Below, piece by piece: positions 1 through 9,493 of a stretch of 64,000 bases of DNA. Within the stretch, counting starts at the first letter, position 1. Every line of letters begins with the position of its first letter. Made by a program: the position numbers and the translations under genes. Origin of the DNA: Patescibacteria group bacterium (lineage in GTDB: Bacteria; Patescibacteriota; Patescibacteriia; Veblenbacterales; UBA10138); NCBI GenBank assembly GCA_018817715.1, contig JAHITT010000004.1, positions 19,751 to 83,750 of the forward strand, written 5' to 3'. The notes beneath the pieces were generated by a model. The model worked only from the letters and a program-made list of their open reading frames with translations. It did not search any database and was not told the DNA's origin.

Positions 1-689
1 GAAATAGTTAAACCAGCTTCACCCACGGCCGTTAAAGCCGAGACCACCCAGGAAGTTGAACCGGCATCGGATTCACCGCCCGGCGCATAAGGCCAACCGC
101 CATCGTTGTTTTGAGCTTGCTTTAAATAATTAATAGCTGATTGCAAGGCACTATCGCTAGCCGACAAACCAGCGTACTTTAAAGACATTACTACGGCCGC
201 CGTATCATTAGTATCGGATTCACCGGCCTTAGCATAACTCCAACCGCCGTCGCTGTTTTGATTGCTAAGCAAATAAGCTTTAGCACCGCTGACAGAAGTA
301 TCACTTAAACTAACCCCAGCCTTAAGCAAAGCCATTAAACCCCAAGCATCATCATTTAACAAATCTTTATCACCTAATTGATTGTTATTAAACAAACCTT
401 TTAAGCCGGTTACCAAATCCACTCCAGCAAAGCTGGCTGGGTTTTGCCCCACCGCCTTAATAGCTAAAATTCTTTTAGCATAATCCGTGGCGGCCGTGCC
501 ACTAAAAGTTTTTAAATGATCTGTGGCCACCTGGCTTTGCCCGCCAGCTACAAGAGCCATAGTTAACCAATCATCAGCCGGCTGCTGCTTTAAATAATTA
601 ACTGCTTCGGGTACGCCACCCTGTACCACCATTGGTGGCGCCACTAAAAACAACAACAGTAAAAAGGCAATTATTTTTTTCTTATTCAT
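1..689 (-). CDS. Exported prenyltransferase/squalene-cyclase-repeat (alpha6/alpha6 barrel) protein, partial (3' end outside window)
   Basis: Manual translation from ATG 689: MNKKKIIAFLLLLFLVAPPMVVQG signal peptide, then QW-type repeats QNSDGGWSY and QNNDGGWPY; open to the window edge. Confidence 0.8.
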   Translation of the reverse strand, partial: MNKKKIIAFLLLLFLVAPPMVVQGGVPEAVNYLKQQPADDWLTMALVAGGQSQVATDHLKTFSGTAATDYAKRILAIKAVGQNPASFAGVDLVTGLKGLFNNNQLGDKDLLNDDAWGLMALLKAGVSLSDTSVSGAKAYLLSNQNSDGGWSYAKAGESDTNDTAAVVMSLKYAGLSASDSALQSAINYLKQAQNNDGGWPYAPGGESDAGSTSWVVSALTAVGEAGLTI

Positions 690-777
690 AAAATTTCTAA
701 TTAATAATTTAAAAAATAAAAGTAAATTAGGTTGGGCGGAAATATAAATTATTTATTCCCGCCCAGTTAAAATTGGC

Positions 778-1185
778 TTAAAAATTAACTTGATAAACTT
801 TAACTACCCGATTGTCCGAAAAATCATTAGGTAAAGGATTTACGGTGTTGGCTGATAAAAAACCCTTAAACAGCAAAAGCCCAGAACCTATTTTAACCAT
901 ATCCATACCAATTGACTGATAGTACCATTTGCCGTCATTGCCCTTTAAGTAATAAAGATAACTGGCTAATGTACCATCAAAAACTGTCAGCTGATAACTA
1001 TTAAAAGAGCTATTAAAAGTAAAAGTAATTTTATTGCCAAAATTACTGGCTAAATAATCTTTAACCAACATATCTTGACTGGCTTCTTCTGGCTCTACTA
1101 TTTGACCGCAGGCGCTAAAACCGCCCAAAGTTATAATTCCTAATCCAATTAAAGAACTTGTTTTAAAAAATCTCCGTCTGTCCAC
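778..1185 (-). CDS. Hypothetical lipoprotein with twin-arginine-like signal
   Basis: RRRFFK motif, hydrophobic stretch, lipobox-like FSAC; GGAGGT SD before the GTG start. Confidence 0.6.
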   Translation of the reverse strand: MDRRRFFKTSSLIGLGIITLGGFSACGQIVEPEEASQDMLVKDYLASNFGNKITFTFNSSFNSYQLTVFDGTLASYLYYLKGNDGKWYYQSIGMDMVKIGSGLLLFKGFLSANTVNPLPNDFSDNRVVKVYQVNF

Positions 1186-1250
1186 TTTCTACCTCCGTAG
1201 GATTGTTTGTATTTTTATTTTAGTGTTTTATTTTAAATTCACTTCTTACT

Positions 1251-1278
1251 AAAAAACCCGTTCTTAGCAAGAACGGGG
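1251..1278 (-). terminator. Intrinsic terminator, probable riboswitch expression platform
   Basis: Minus strand CCCGTTCTT-GCT-AAGAACGGG followed by TTTTTT. Confidence 0.75.
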
Positions 1279-1321
1279 AAGATTAGATGACACGACAAGT
1301 CTTAATTGTAGCGGATTCCAA

Positions 1322-1454
1322 CCCTCTCCTTTCTCGCGAAGGAAGAGTGTATATCTATGTATCAATCATTCAGTAATCGGACTTGTCTTAAGCTTACTTA
1401 AAGACATACCGTAGCGGGACTGTGCTGGATTCTCACCAGCTTCCCTGAATGATT
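1322..1454 (-). ncRNA. Cobalamin riboswitch
   Basis: Minus strand AGGGAA-GCTGGTGAGAATCCAGC-ACAGTCCCGCTACGGT...AAGTCCGATTAC; 10-bp closing stem AATCATTCAG/CTGAATGATT; downstream hairpin with a GCGAGA-containing loop; B12 gene context. Confidence 0.88.
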
Positions 1455-1456
1455 AA

Positions 1457-2005
1457 TTATTTCAAAGAACTATTAGATAACACTTTAAACAAAGATAAAT
1501 GATAATTTTTTAATTTTACTAAATATAAAACCAAACTATAAACCCCGAATAAAACTCCGGTAAACATTAAATCTCCTATCATAGTGTTACGGAAAAAGGG
1601 AATGGCTAAAGTGTAAGCCATTATCAATCCTTCTAAAGTTTTAGGATACCAACTAGCTGTTGCCCAGACTGCCAAATTAGTTACTATAAAAAATAAAGTA
1701 GATGAGGCTAAAGAAAAAGCTACTAATTTTCCAGCTGAAAACTTTTTTAAATAAGCACCCATCAAACCAATAAAAGTAAAACTCCCATAAACAGCCAGCA
1801 TTACTGGCCAGTGATAAAAGCCAATTACTATATCCGCTAATAACATACCTGTCAGTGGCACGGCCAAGGCCCATTTTCTAGGCAATAAAGCACCAGCCAA
1901 AAGCGCCGCGGCCGCTACTGGTGCCACGTTCCAAATATGAGGCATTAAACGACTAACTACTATCAAACCTACTAAAATTAAACTAATGATTATTTTATTT
2001 TTCAT
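1457..2005 (-). CDS. DUF6580 / BtuM-like solitary S-component, putative cobalamin transporter
   Basis: About 6 TM helices; SRLMPHIWNVAPVAA and FFIVTNLAVW...YP...G...AIPFFRNT..GD motifs; start placed at ATG 2005. Confidence 0.7.
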   Translation of the reverse strand: MKNKIIISLILVGLIVVSRLMPHIWNVAPVAAAALLAGALLPRKWALAVPLTGMLLADIVIGFYHWPVMLAVYGSFTFIGLMGAYLKKFSAGKLVAFSLASSTLFFIVTNLAVWATASWYPKTLEGLIMAYTLAIPFFRNTMIGDLMFTGVLFGVYSLVLYLVKLKNYHLSLFKVLSNSSLK

Positions 2006-2091
2006 AATTATACTTTTTGACAAATTCTTCCATACTTCCCAGTATCAAAGAGTTTTTCCTAATTCACAATTTATACTTCTTAATTCTATTC

Positions 2092-2541
2092 TTAAAACTC
2101 CGACTTTCTGAATGTCCACAAAATAGTTTCTCCGCCTTGCAGTTGATATTTATCAGCCGCCACCTGAGGCTGTAAGCCATTTACCCAATACTGCCAATAT
2201 TTTTGCCCGTCACTACCGTTAGCTTTATTTCCGATCTTTTTTATAAAAGCACCATAAACTGATTTATCCGGCCCGTCATAATCTAAAGCCAAAGCTTTTT
2301 CCTGATTAAGCATTACCAAAACATCCAAAATGCTTTGTCCGGGAGTTATTTCTATACCACCATAACTTATTAAGTTATCACCCGTGTCTACCAGTACAGC
2401 TACTTTGCTTAAAGCTTGTTCGGCCTGGTTGTCCGGCCGTAAATAAACGCTCTGACTTTTTTGACCAAAACTAAAACCCACTAAAAATAAACCTACCCCG
2501 GCCAATAAAGCCACTAAACTATAAATAATTCTTTGCTTCAT
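2092..2541 (-). CDS. DUF4430 (transcobalamin beta-domain-like) membrane-anchored protein
   Basis: N-terminal TM; YGAFIKKIG...YWQYWVNG...AADKYQLQGGETILWTF. Confidence 0.8.
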   Translation of the reverse strand: MKQRIIYSLVALLAGVGLFLVGFSFGQKSQSVYLRPDNQAEQALSKVAVLVDTGDNLISYGGIEITPGQSILDVLVMLNQEKALALDYDGPDKSVYGAFIKKIGNKANGSDGQKYWQYWVNGLQPQVAADKYQLQGGETILWTFRKSEF

Positions 2542-2552
2542 AAAATTATTAA

Positions 2553-3104
2553 TTAACTTCGACCCTGCCAGACTTTATCTGTTTGACCAGCTTGTTTATT
2601 AGCTAACCTGGCCAAGACGAATAAAAAATCAGACAAACGATTTAAATATTTAACGACTTCCTCTCTGACTTCTTCCATTTCCCTAAGTCTTACTACTTGA
2701 CGCTCAGCCCGACGGCAAACCGTGCGAGCCAAATGCAAACTAGCCGCCACTTTACTACCGCCTGGAAAAATAAATTGCTGTAAAGTGGGTAATTCTTTTT
2801 CCATTTTGTCTATTTGTTCTTCCAAATAAAGAATCTTATCTTCATTTACTAAAACTAAACCTTCTATAGTCTTATCTGGTGGTGTAGCCAATTCTGAAGC
2901 CAGCGTAAATAAATCTTTTTGTATATTTAGCAAAACTGCCTGATAATCATTTGCCCCATCTTCAGCTAATACCACGCCCAAAGCAGCATTAGTTTCATCC
3001 ACTGTGCCGTAAGCTTCCAATCTTAAATTACCTTTGGGCACTCTTAAACCGCCATAAAGACTGGTTTCGCCCCGATCACCGGTTTTAGTATAAATCTTAG
3101 ACAT
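2553..3104 (-). CDS. pduO: PduO-type cob(I)alamin adenosyltransferase
   Basis: KIYTKTGDRGETSL, GTVDE.NA, ARTVCRRAER and YLNRLSD motifs. Confidence 0.95.
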   Translation of the reverse strand: MSKIYTKTGDRGETSLYGGLRVPKGNLRLEAYGTVDETNAALGVVLAEDGANDYQAVLLNIQKDLFTLASELATPPDKTIEGLVLVNEDKILYLEEQIDKMEKELPTLQQFIFPGGSKVAASLHLARTVCRRAERQVVRLREMEEVREEVVKYLNRLSDFLFVLARLANKQAGQTDKVWQGRS

Positions 3105-3118
3105 TAAAAATAATTAAA

Positions 3119-5416
3119 TTATTTTAATTCACAAGCACCGCTAATGCAGGCTAATTCTTTGGAACCCTGGGTTTCGTCATCATATTCGTAAGTTACTATT
3201 TTAGCAAAATCAATGTCAGGAAAATTCTTAACCAATTCTTCATAAGCTTCTTTGGTTATTTCCTCATAAGGCGCCAACTGATAAACATGCTCGTCTCGAG
3301 GCAAAAAAGACAAACCGCCCACCATTTCCCAATTCTCATAAACCCAGTTGCCTACCTTAAGCCAATCATCGCCGCCGACCGATATGGTAACTGACGGGTT
3401 ATGTTCAGTATAATTAATTTTTAAATTTTTCCAATGACCCAACAATTTCATAGCGGAAATATCACGCCTGACTATGGCCCCCTCGGGCGCTTTAATGGGA
3501 AATTCCAAAACATAAGTACTGGCTGTATCGGGTGACTGACCGACTTCGGGTTGATAAGGCACACCCATATCCTTAAGCATCAAAAATAAAGGGTTATGTC
3601 GTTCCACTCTAACTCGCCTAATATAATAAGGCGCGTGCCTGGGATGCATACCAGACGAAGAATCAAACAATTGTGAACCATTACCCGACGGCTTAACACA
3701 AGTTACGGCCGCCGAAGGATTAATACCGAATTTTTTAGCATATTCTTGATTTACTTTTACAGCCTCCTCGCGTAATTTTTTTAAAACCTCTTCTTGTCGT
3801 ACCGCCGGACAATCCCACTGACCAGTAATAGAAACTCCTAACAAAGCCTCGTCCTGGCAATTTTTTAACCAGTCCTTGGATAAATAAGGAAAATTCATCA
3901 AACTGGCTTGATAAGTTCCCAAAATAGTAGCCAGGCGAACTTTTCTTAATAAAGTTTCCTCGGTATCCTCGATCCGGGCCACTACTTCAGATAAATTACA
4001 AAACTGCTTAGATTTTAAAATAATTTCGCCACAAGGATTGGTACCGGAAGTGTGCATATCCGGAGCAAAAATCGGCCAACGTCTTTTGGGCAACTGTTTT
4101 TCCAAACTACCTCGATTAAATATACCCCGCTCGCCCGAGCCAGACTTCATAATATTTATCCACTCTTCCAAAAATTGGCTTAACTCCGGCTTAGTGTTAT
4201 AAGTCGCTGAGTTGTTGGCCATAGCTCTTTCCGGATGTTTTAAATAAAATTGACCGTCTTTGGCGTGACGCATTTCTAAATCATCCAAATCGGACAAAGA
4301 AATCAAAGCCGAACGCCTAACCCCACCCATTACCACTACCTCACCAATTTTACAAATTATATCGTGAGCATCTAAAGTGGTTAATCTTCTACCTTGGCGT
4401 TCCATCATTCTAGCGCGCACAAACTTCATTAAAGAAATTAAAGGTCCGGGGCCAGAAGCTCGTCCGCCCATTGTTTTAAGCCTAGCACCTTGTGGCCTAA
4501 TAGCAGAATAATCAAACTCAATATCTTGACCTTTAGACCAAGTAACCAAACCTAAGGCCAAAGCGTTACTCCAACCTTCTTTACTGTCTTCCACTAAATA
4601 CTTGGGTAATTTTTGGCCACCTTGCCTCTGAATAATGGGTAATTGCTCCACCGTCTGCCTTTCCACCGAAAAACCTACACCAGTACCACACATCAATACA
4701 TACATTATCTCAGCAAAATCCTGCCAAGCCTTGGGAGCGATAAAAGAACAATTATAAGCGCAAACATTAGTAGCTCGGGCCGCTTCACCAGCTCCCCACA
4801 AAAGACGCATTGAACCCAAAGCTTCCATATTACGAATACCCTCTCTAATCTCATCGTACTCAACTGTACTTAACTTATCTCCCAAATTTTCCCGCATAAA
4901 CCCAACATAACGATCAACTGTTTCCATCCAAGTTTCGCGTCGAGCTTTCTCTGGCAACCACCTGGAATAAGTACTGTAAAAAACATATTCCGAAAGTTGA
5001 TTACGAAAATATTTTTTACTAGTCTGAGCCAAATCTTTAACTTCTTGAGGTACTTCTGGACGATGACGTCTTAAATGCGCATGCTCTTCCCGGTAAACAA
5101 TATAAGCCCGAGCTGTTTTAAGCCACTTGGAACGCATTAATACCAATTCCACTATATCCTGAACCTGCTCGACTGTCGGTGTAGTGTGACCGTCATAAAT
5201 TTGTTCCAACTCCTCCGCCACTCTAAAAGCCAACCTAGCTGCTTCGGGCCGGCCGAATTCTCCTGTTTCTTTACCTGATTTAAAAATAGCCTCCACTATT
5301 TTAGTAGGATCAAACTCCACCGTCCGACCGTCACGTTTTATTATACGACTAAGTTTCAACTTGTTATTAGTTGTAGTAGTGGCGGTTGATTTAACAGACG
5401 AAGAGGTGTTAGGCAT
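3119..5416 (-). CDS. nrdJ: Class II adenosylcobalamin-dependent ribonucleotide reductase (monomeric RTPR type) with N-terminal ATP cone
   Basis: IIKRDG ATP cone, YNCSF, GGVRRSA, TNPCGE, CVKPSG, C-terminal CISGAC. Confidence 0.93.
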   Translation of the reverse strand: MPNTSSSVKSTATTTTNNKLKLSRIIKRDGRTVEFDPTKIVEAIFKSGKETGEFGRPEAARLAFRVAEELEQIYDGHTTPTVEQVQDIVELVLMRSKWLKTARAYIVYREEHAHLRRHRPEVPQEVKDLAQTSKKYFRNQLSEYVFYSTYSRWLPEKARRETWMETVDRYVGFMRENLGDKLSTVEYDEIREGIRNMEALGSMRLLWGAGEAARATNVCAYNCSFIAPKAWQDFAEIMYVLMCGTGVGFSVERQTVEQLPIIQRQGGQKLPKYLVEDSKEGWSNALALGLVTWSKGQDIEFDYSAIRPQGARLKTMGGRASGPGPLISLMKFVRARMMERQGRRLTTLDAHDIICKIGEVVVMGGVRRSALISLSDLDDLEMRHAKDGQFYLKHPERAMANNSATYNTKPELSQFLEEWINIMKSGSGERGIFNRGSLEKQLPKRRWPIFAPDMHTSGTNPCGEIILKSKQFCNLSEVVARIEDTEETLLRKVRLATILGTYQASLMNFPYLSKDWLKNCQDEALLGVSITGQWDCPAVRQEEVLKKLREEAVKVNQEYAKKFGINPSAAVTCVKPSGNGSQLFDSSSGMHPRHAPYYIRRVRVERHNPLFLMLKDMGVPYQPEVGQSPDTASTYVLEFPIKAPEGAIVRRDISAMKLLGHWKNLKINYTEHNPSVTISVGGDDWLKVGNWVYENWEMVGGLSFLPRDEHVYQLAPYEEITKEAYEELVKNFPDIDFAKIVTYEYDDETQGSKELACISGACELK

Positions 5417-5455
5417 AGTGATTTTTAAAAATAATAATGAAAATTTAAATTAAGT

Positions 5456-5938
5456 TTATTTTTTATCCGTTAAACGACGCTTAGCGGAACGAACATTCAA
5501 ACCTTTCAATTCTTTAGTAAAACTGTCTACATCTTGAAACGAACGATAAACCGAAGCAAATCTTATATAAGCCACTTGATCAAAATTTTTAAGCCTCTTC
5601 ATAACTATTTCACCAATATCGCGCGAAGTTATTTCTGGTTTACGTCGTCGTTGAATATCACGTTCAATTTTTTGCACTAACCCCTTAAAACGATCAGCCG
5701 TATAGGGCCTTTTTTCCAAAGAATGCCTTAAACCAACTGATAACTTTTCTTTATTATATGGCTCATGACTACCATCCCTTTTAATAACCGCCAAATCCAA
5801 TATTTCACTCTCTTCCACGGTTGAAAAACGAAAATTACATTTAGTACACTCCCGACGACGTCTAATATTCAAACCATCCGCTACAACGCGTGAATCAGTT
5901 ACTTTAGTGTCGTAATAATTACAAGAAGGACAATGCAT
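5456..5938 (-). CDS. nrdR: Transcriptional repressor NrdR
   Basis: MHCPSC...RRRRECTKC zinc ribbon, ATP cone, DQVAYIRFASVY; start moved to ATG 5938. Confidence 0.96.
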   Translation of the reverse strand: MHCPSCNYYDTKVTDSRVVADGLNIRRRRECTKCNFRFSTVEESEILDLAVIKRDGSHEPYNKEKLSVGLRHSLEKRPYTADRFKGLVQKIERDIQRRRKPEITSRDIGEIVMKRLKNFDQVAYIRFASVYRSFQDVDSFTKELKGLNVRSAKRRLTDKK

Positions 5939-5952
5939 ATTTATTATTCCTA

Positions 5953-6009
5953 CTACAATATATAGTAGCACCAATAACTATTCTACCCCTATATGTAGTG
6001 GTACGTCAA
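5953..6009 (-). promoter_or_regulatory. sigma70 promoter (TTGACG-18-TAGAAT) overlapped by tandem NrdR boxes
   Basis: Boxes ctaCAATATATAGtag (5953-5968) and cccCTATATGTAGtgg (5986-6001), 33 bp apart, match acaCwAtATaTwGtgt. Confidence 0.85.
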
Positions 6010-6072
6010 AAATCGTCAAAACCTTTATTTTTGTTGGTTTTTTATAAAATAAGCAGCCAGTACATTCAAAAT

Positions 6073-6081
6073 TGTGGATAA
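6073..6081 (-). promoter_or_regulatory. DnaA box upstream of the nrd operon
   Basis: TGTGGATAA (TTATCCACA on the minus strand). Confidence 0.55.
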
Positions 6082-6085
6082 ACCT

Positions 6086-6115
6086 AAAACCCGTCCTCAT
6101 AAAAGAGGGCGGGCT
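6086..6115 (-). terminator. Terminator after ftsZ
   Basis: CCCGCCCTC-TTTTAT-GAGGACGGG (one mismatch) followed by TTTT. Confidence 0.65.
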
Positions 6116-6148
6116 GTCAATTCTAGAGTCGTAAAATATTTAAAACTT

Positions 6149-7336
6149 TTACTTACCTAATTTTCTCCTAATAAAAGGCGGAATTTCATAATCATCTTCC
6201 ACTTTACTGGCCGGTTTGTCCTTAACAGTGGGATTGCTAACCATCGGCCGGCTAACCAGAGGTGAAGCTGGTTTTTCAAAAGGAATTTCTTCAGTTTTAA
6301 CAGTTGATTTAACTTCACCGCGAGCCAAAGACGAAGGCGTATAAGAATTATTCGGCAAAGGATTAATATTTTTCTTCGTTTTGGATTGTTCAGCAAAACC
6401 AGTCGCTATAACAGTTACCTTAAGCTGATCCTTCATACTCTCATCAATAACCGCACCAAAAATAATTTTAGCATTGGAATCAGCTGAACTAGTTATCACC
6501 CGAGCAGCTTCATTAACTTCATACATAGTCAAGCTAGGTCCGCCAGTAATAGTAAATAATATGCCCTTAGCACCATCAATACCAATTTCCAACAAAGGAG
6601 AATCAATAGCTGCCTTGGCTGCTTCCACCGCCCGATCCTCACCGCTGGCCTGACCAATACCCATTAAAGCTGAACCTGTTCCGCTCATAATAGCTTTAAC
6701 ATCAGCAAAATCCACGTTAATTAATCCTGGTATAGTAACCAATTCAGAAATACCCTGAACACCTTGCCGCAGAACTTCATCAACAATACTAAAAGAATCC
6801 AACAAAGAAGTCTTTTTATCTATTAATTGCAGCAAGCGATCATTAGGTATGGTAATAATAGTATCCACCTTATCCATTAGTTCATCATAACCTTGTTCAG
6901 CCACTCCTCGTCGCTGAGCACCTTCAAAACTAAAAGGCTTAGTTACAACAGCAATAGTTAAAGCGCCGGCTTCCTTAGCCAGTTCAGCTATTAAAGGTGA
7001 AGCACCTGTACCAGTACCCCCACCCAAACCACAAGTCAAAAATACCATATCGGCACCCTTTAAAGCCTCTTTTATCTCGTCCCGACTTTCTTCAGCGGCT
7101 TTACGCCCCAATTCTGGATCCATACCCGCTCCCAAACCACGGGTGATAGCCGAACCAATATGGATTTTGGTTGAAGCTCTGGAATAATGTAAAGCTTGAG
7201 CATCAGTATTAATAGCCAAAAACTCAACGCCTCTTATTTTTCCGGAAATCATGCGATTAACAGCCGAGCCGCCCGACCCCCCCACGCCAACGACTTTTAT
7301 TTTGGCCAATGTTTCAATTTCTGGTTTAACTTCCAT
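6149..7336 (-). CDS. ftsZ: Cell division protein FtsZ
   Basis: GLGGGTGTG tubulin signature, INVDFAD, C-terminal EIPPFIRRK. Confidence 0.98.
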   Translation of the reverse strand: MEVKPEIETLAKIKVVGVGGSGGSAVNRMISGKIRGVEFLAINTDAQALHYSRASTKIHIGSAITRGLGAGMDPELGRKAAEESRDEIKEALKGADMVFLTCGLGGGTGTGASPLIAELAKEAGALTIAVVTKPFSFEGAQRRGVAEQGYDELMDKVDTIITIPNDRLLQLIDKKTSLLDSFSIVDEVLRQGVQGISELVTIPGLINVDFADVKAIMSGTGSALMGIGQASGEDRAVEAAKAAIDSPLLEIGIDGAKGILFTITGGPSLTMYEVNEAARVITSSADSNAKIIFGAVIDESMKDQLKVTVIATGFAEQSKTKKNINPLPNNSYTPSSLARGEVKSTVKTEEIPFEKPASPLVSRPMVSNPTVKDKPASKVEDDYEIPPFIRRKLGK

Positions 7337-7360
7337 AAAAACTTGGTTAATAAAATAAAA

Positions 7361-8602
7361 TTAAGGAATAACTGATTTAAAAATTTTTTTAAAAACTCCA
7401 CTTACTTGTTTTATTTGTGAAAATCTAGGCCATTTAAATCCACTACTACCACTATCCGTCTGCTGATTAATTCCCCAACGTAATAAACCGATAGCCGTAG
7501 TAAAAGAAATATCATTAATTCTTTCTAAAGGACTAGTTACGTCCAAAGCATAACCTAAACTGGCGGGTAAACGAAATTTCTTCTTAGCTAAATCTAATAA
7601 TCCTGGCAATTTTGCCCCACCACCAGTTAAAACTATTCCAGCAGGTAATTTACCTGAACGATCCAATTTAATAAGTTCTTTATCAATCATTTCAAAAATA
7701 TCTTCTAACCTGGCTTCAATAATTTCCGCCACCTGCCGACGATTCACCCGACCTTCTTCATTAGAAAATTCAGATAAATCAATTTCCTCTCTTTTACCAA
7801 CTTCATCCGGCATGGCCTGACCATAATCCATTTTTAATCTTTCTGCGACATCAATAGAAGTTCGTAAACAAATTGCTATATCATTGGTAATGTGGCCAGA
7901 ACCTACTGGCAAGACAACAGCATGCAAAGGATCTCCTTCTTCTAAAACCAACAAACTAGTGGTAGAACCACCGATATTAACAACTGCCACACCCAATTCT
8001 TTTTGTCTTTTACTAACAACTGCCTCGGCGTTAGCTAAAATACCTAAAACCAAATCATCAATATCTACACCAGTACGATAAACACACTTTGTTAAATTTT
8101 TTATCTGAGCAGATTGACCTTGAATAATCTGCGCCTCCACCTCCAAACGAACACCAGTCATACCGACTGGATCTTTTATACCCGGCTGACTGTCCACACT
8201 ATAACTACGGGGTAAGACATGTAATATTTCATAATTAGGTGGCACTGCTACAGCCTGAGCCGCTTCCACTACACGTACAACATCATCTTCGCCGATTTCT
8301 CCGTTTGGTTTAGAAACAGCAATTACTCCGCGACTAGATTGAGAAACAATATGATTACCATTAATGCTAACTAAAACATGCTCGACTGGGGCGCCAAGCA
8401 TTCTTTCGGTTTTTTCTAAACAACTGGAAATAGAAGTAACGGCGTCTTCTATACTGGTTACCACACCACGATTTATTCCATCCGAAGGAACCTCGGCTAA
8501 ACCAATAATCTGTAACTGATCAGTCGAAGAAACTTGAGCAACCGCCAAACGAACATCGGTTGAACCTATATCTAATCCGGCAATAATACTTAGTTTGGCC
8601 AT
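7361..8602 (-). CDS. ftsA: Cell division protein FtsA
   Basis: GLDIGST, DPVGMTGVRLE, VLTGGGAKL; adjacent to ftsZ. Confidence 0.97.
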   Translation of the reverse strand: MAKLSIIAGLDIGSTDVRLAVAQVSSTDQLQIIGLAEVPSDGINRGVVTSIEDAVTSISSCLEKTERMLGAPVEHVLVSINGNHIVSQSSRGVIAVSKPNGEIGEDDVVRVVEAAQAVAVPPNYEILHVLPRSYSVDSQPGIKDPVGMTGVRLEVEAQIIQGQSAQIKNLTKCVYRTGVDIDDLVLGILANAEAVVSKRQKELGVAVVNIGGSTTSLLVLEEGDPLHAVVLPVGSGHITNDIAICLRTSIDVAERLKMDYGQAMPDEVGKREEIDLSEFSNEEGRVNRRQVAEIIEARLEDIFEMIDKELIKLDRSGKLPAGIVLTGGGAKLPGLLDLAKKKFRLPASLGYALDVTSPLERINDISFTTAIGLLRWGINQQTDSGSSGFKWPRFSQIKQVSGVFKKIFKSVIP

Positions 8603-8698
8603 GAGAACAATTAAAAAATAAATCTATATACTTTTTTAGTATACAACTTATTAAACCAATCTGCCAACTAAACCCATGAACAATTAAATTGTTCAGGT

Positions 8699-9058
8699 CT
8701 AGTTATTGAATATTAAAAAAAGCCCAACCACGACGGCTAAGCCAGCGGCCAAAAGTACCAAAGCTGCCAACATGTCCTTTAATCGACCTACTGCCTCGGA
8801 AAACTTGGGCTCCAAAAGATCCATTAATCTTTCCAAAATAGTATTTAATATTTCACCAGATAAAACAAAAAAACAAATCAATAATAATAATAACCAAGCT
8901 AATAAATCCCAGTTATTCCACCAAGCGTAGCCTACAACTAAAATAGCCGCTAAAATTTCCCAACGAAAACTAACCTCCCGACGCCACAAATAAACCAAGC
9001 CCCGACCAGCATAACTAAAACGCCTTAACCATTGTTTTGCTATTCTAAATATAAACAT
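8699..9058 (-). CDS. dgkA: Diacylglycerol/undecaprenol kinase (DgkA family)
   Basis: EILNTILERLMD, KDMLAA; 3 TM; next to ybeY. Confidence 0.85.
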   Translation of the reverse strand: MFIFRIAKQWLRRFSYAGRGLVYLWRREVSFRWEILAAILVVGYAWWNNWDLLAWLLLLLICFFVLSGEILNTILERLMDLLEPKFSEAVGRLKDMLAALVLLAAGLAVVVGLFLIFNN

Positions 9059-9060
9059 AA

Positions 9061-9483
9061 TTAAAATAAAATTCTTTTTTCTAAATCTCTCATTATTTTT
9101 CTTTCACTAACCACTAGATGATCATAACCGGCCAAATGAAGTAAACCATGACCAAAAAGAATGCTAAGTTCTTTAGCTAGAGAATGTTGGCGCCGTTTAG
9201 CTTGAATAATAGCTTGATCTAAACAAACAATAAGCTCCCCTACAATTGGCTCAACTTGATAAGTAAAAGATAAAATATCTGTTACTTTATTTTGATGACG
9301 GTGCCGAGTATTTAATTGACGCATCACTGGCCGACTAACAAAAACTAAAGACAATTCCTGCAAACTAAATCCGGTTACCAGATGAAATTTTTTTATAATT
9401 TTTTTGGTTTGCTTTAGAAAAGCGAACGGTATTACACCGCCGGCTAAATTATTATACTCAAAAACAAAACCAACTCCGAGCAT
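9061..9483 (-). CDS. ybeY: rRNA maturation RNase YbeY
   Basis: TDILSF, GELIV, HGLLHLAGYDH. Confidence 0.92.
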   Translation of the reverse strand: MLGVGFVFEYNNLAGGVIPFAFLKQTKKIIKKFHLVTGFSLQELSLVFVSRPVMRQLNTRHRHQNKVTDILSFTYQVEPIVGELIVCLDQAIIQAKRRQHSLAKELSILFGHGLLHLAGYDHLVVSERKIMRDLEKRILF

Positions 9484-9493
9484 TTATTTAAAA

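Noticed and set aside
3119-5416. Intein or intron in nrdJ
   Set aside because: Length fits an ATP cone plus monomeric class II RNR; no splicing motifs or frame breaks seen
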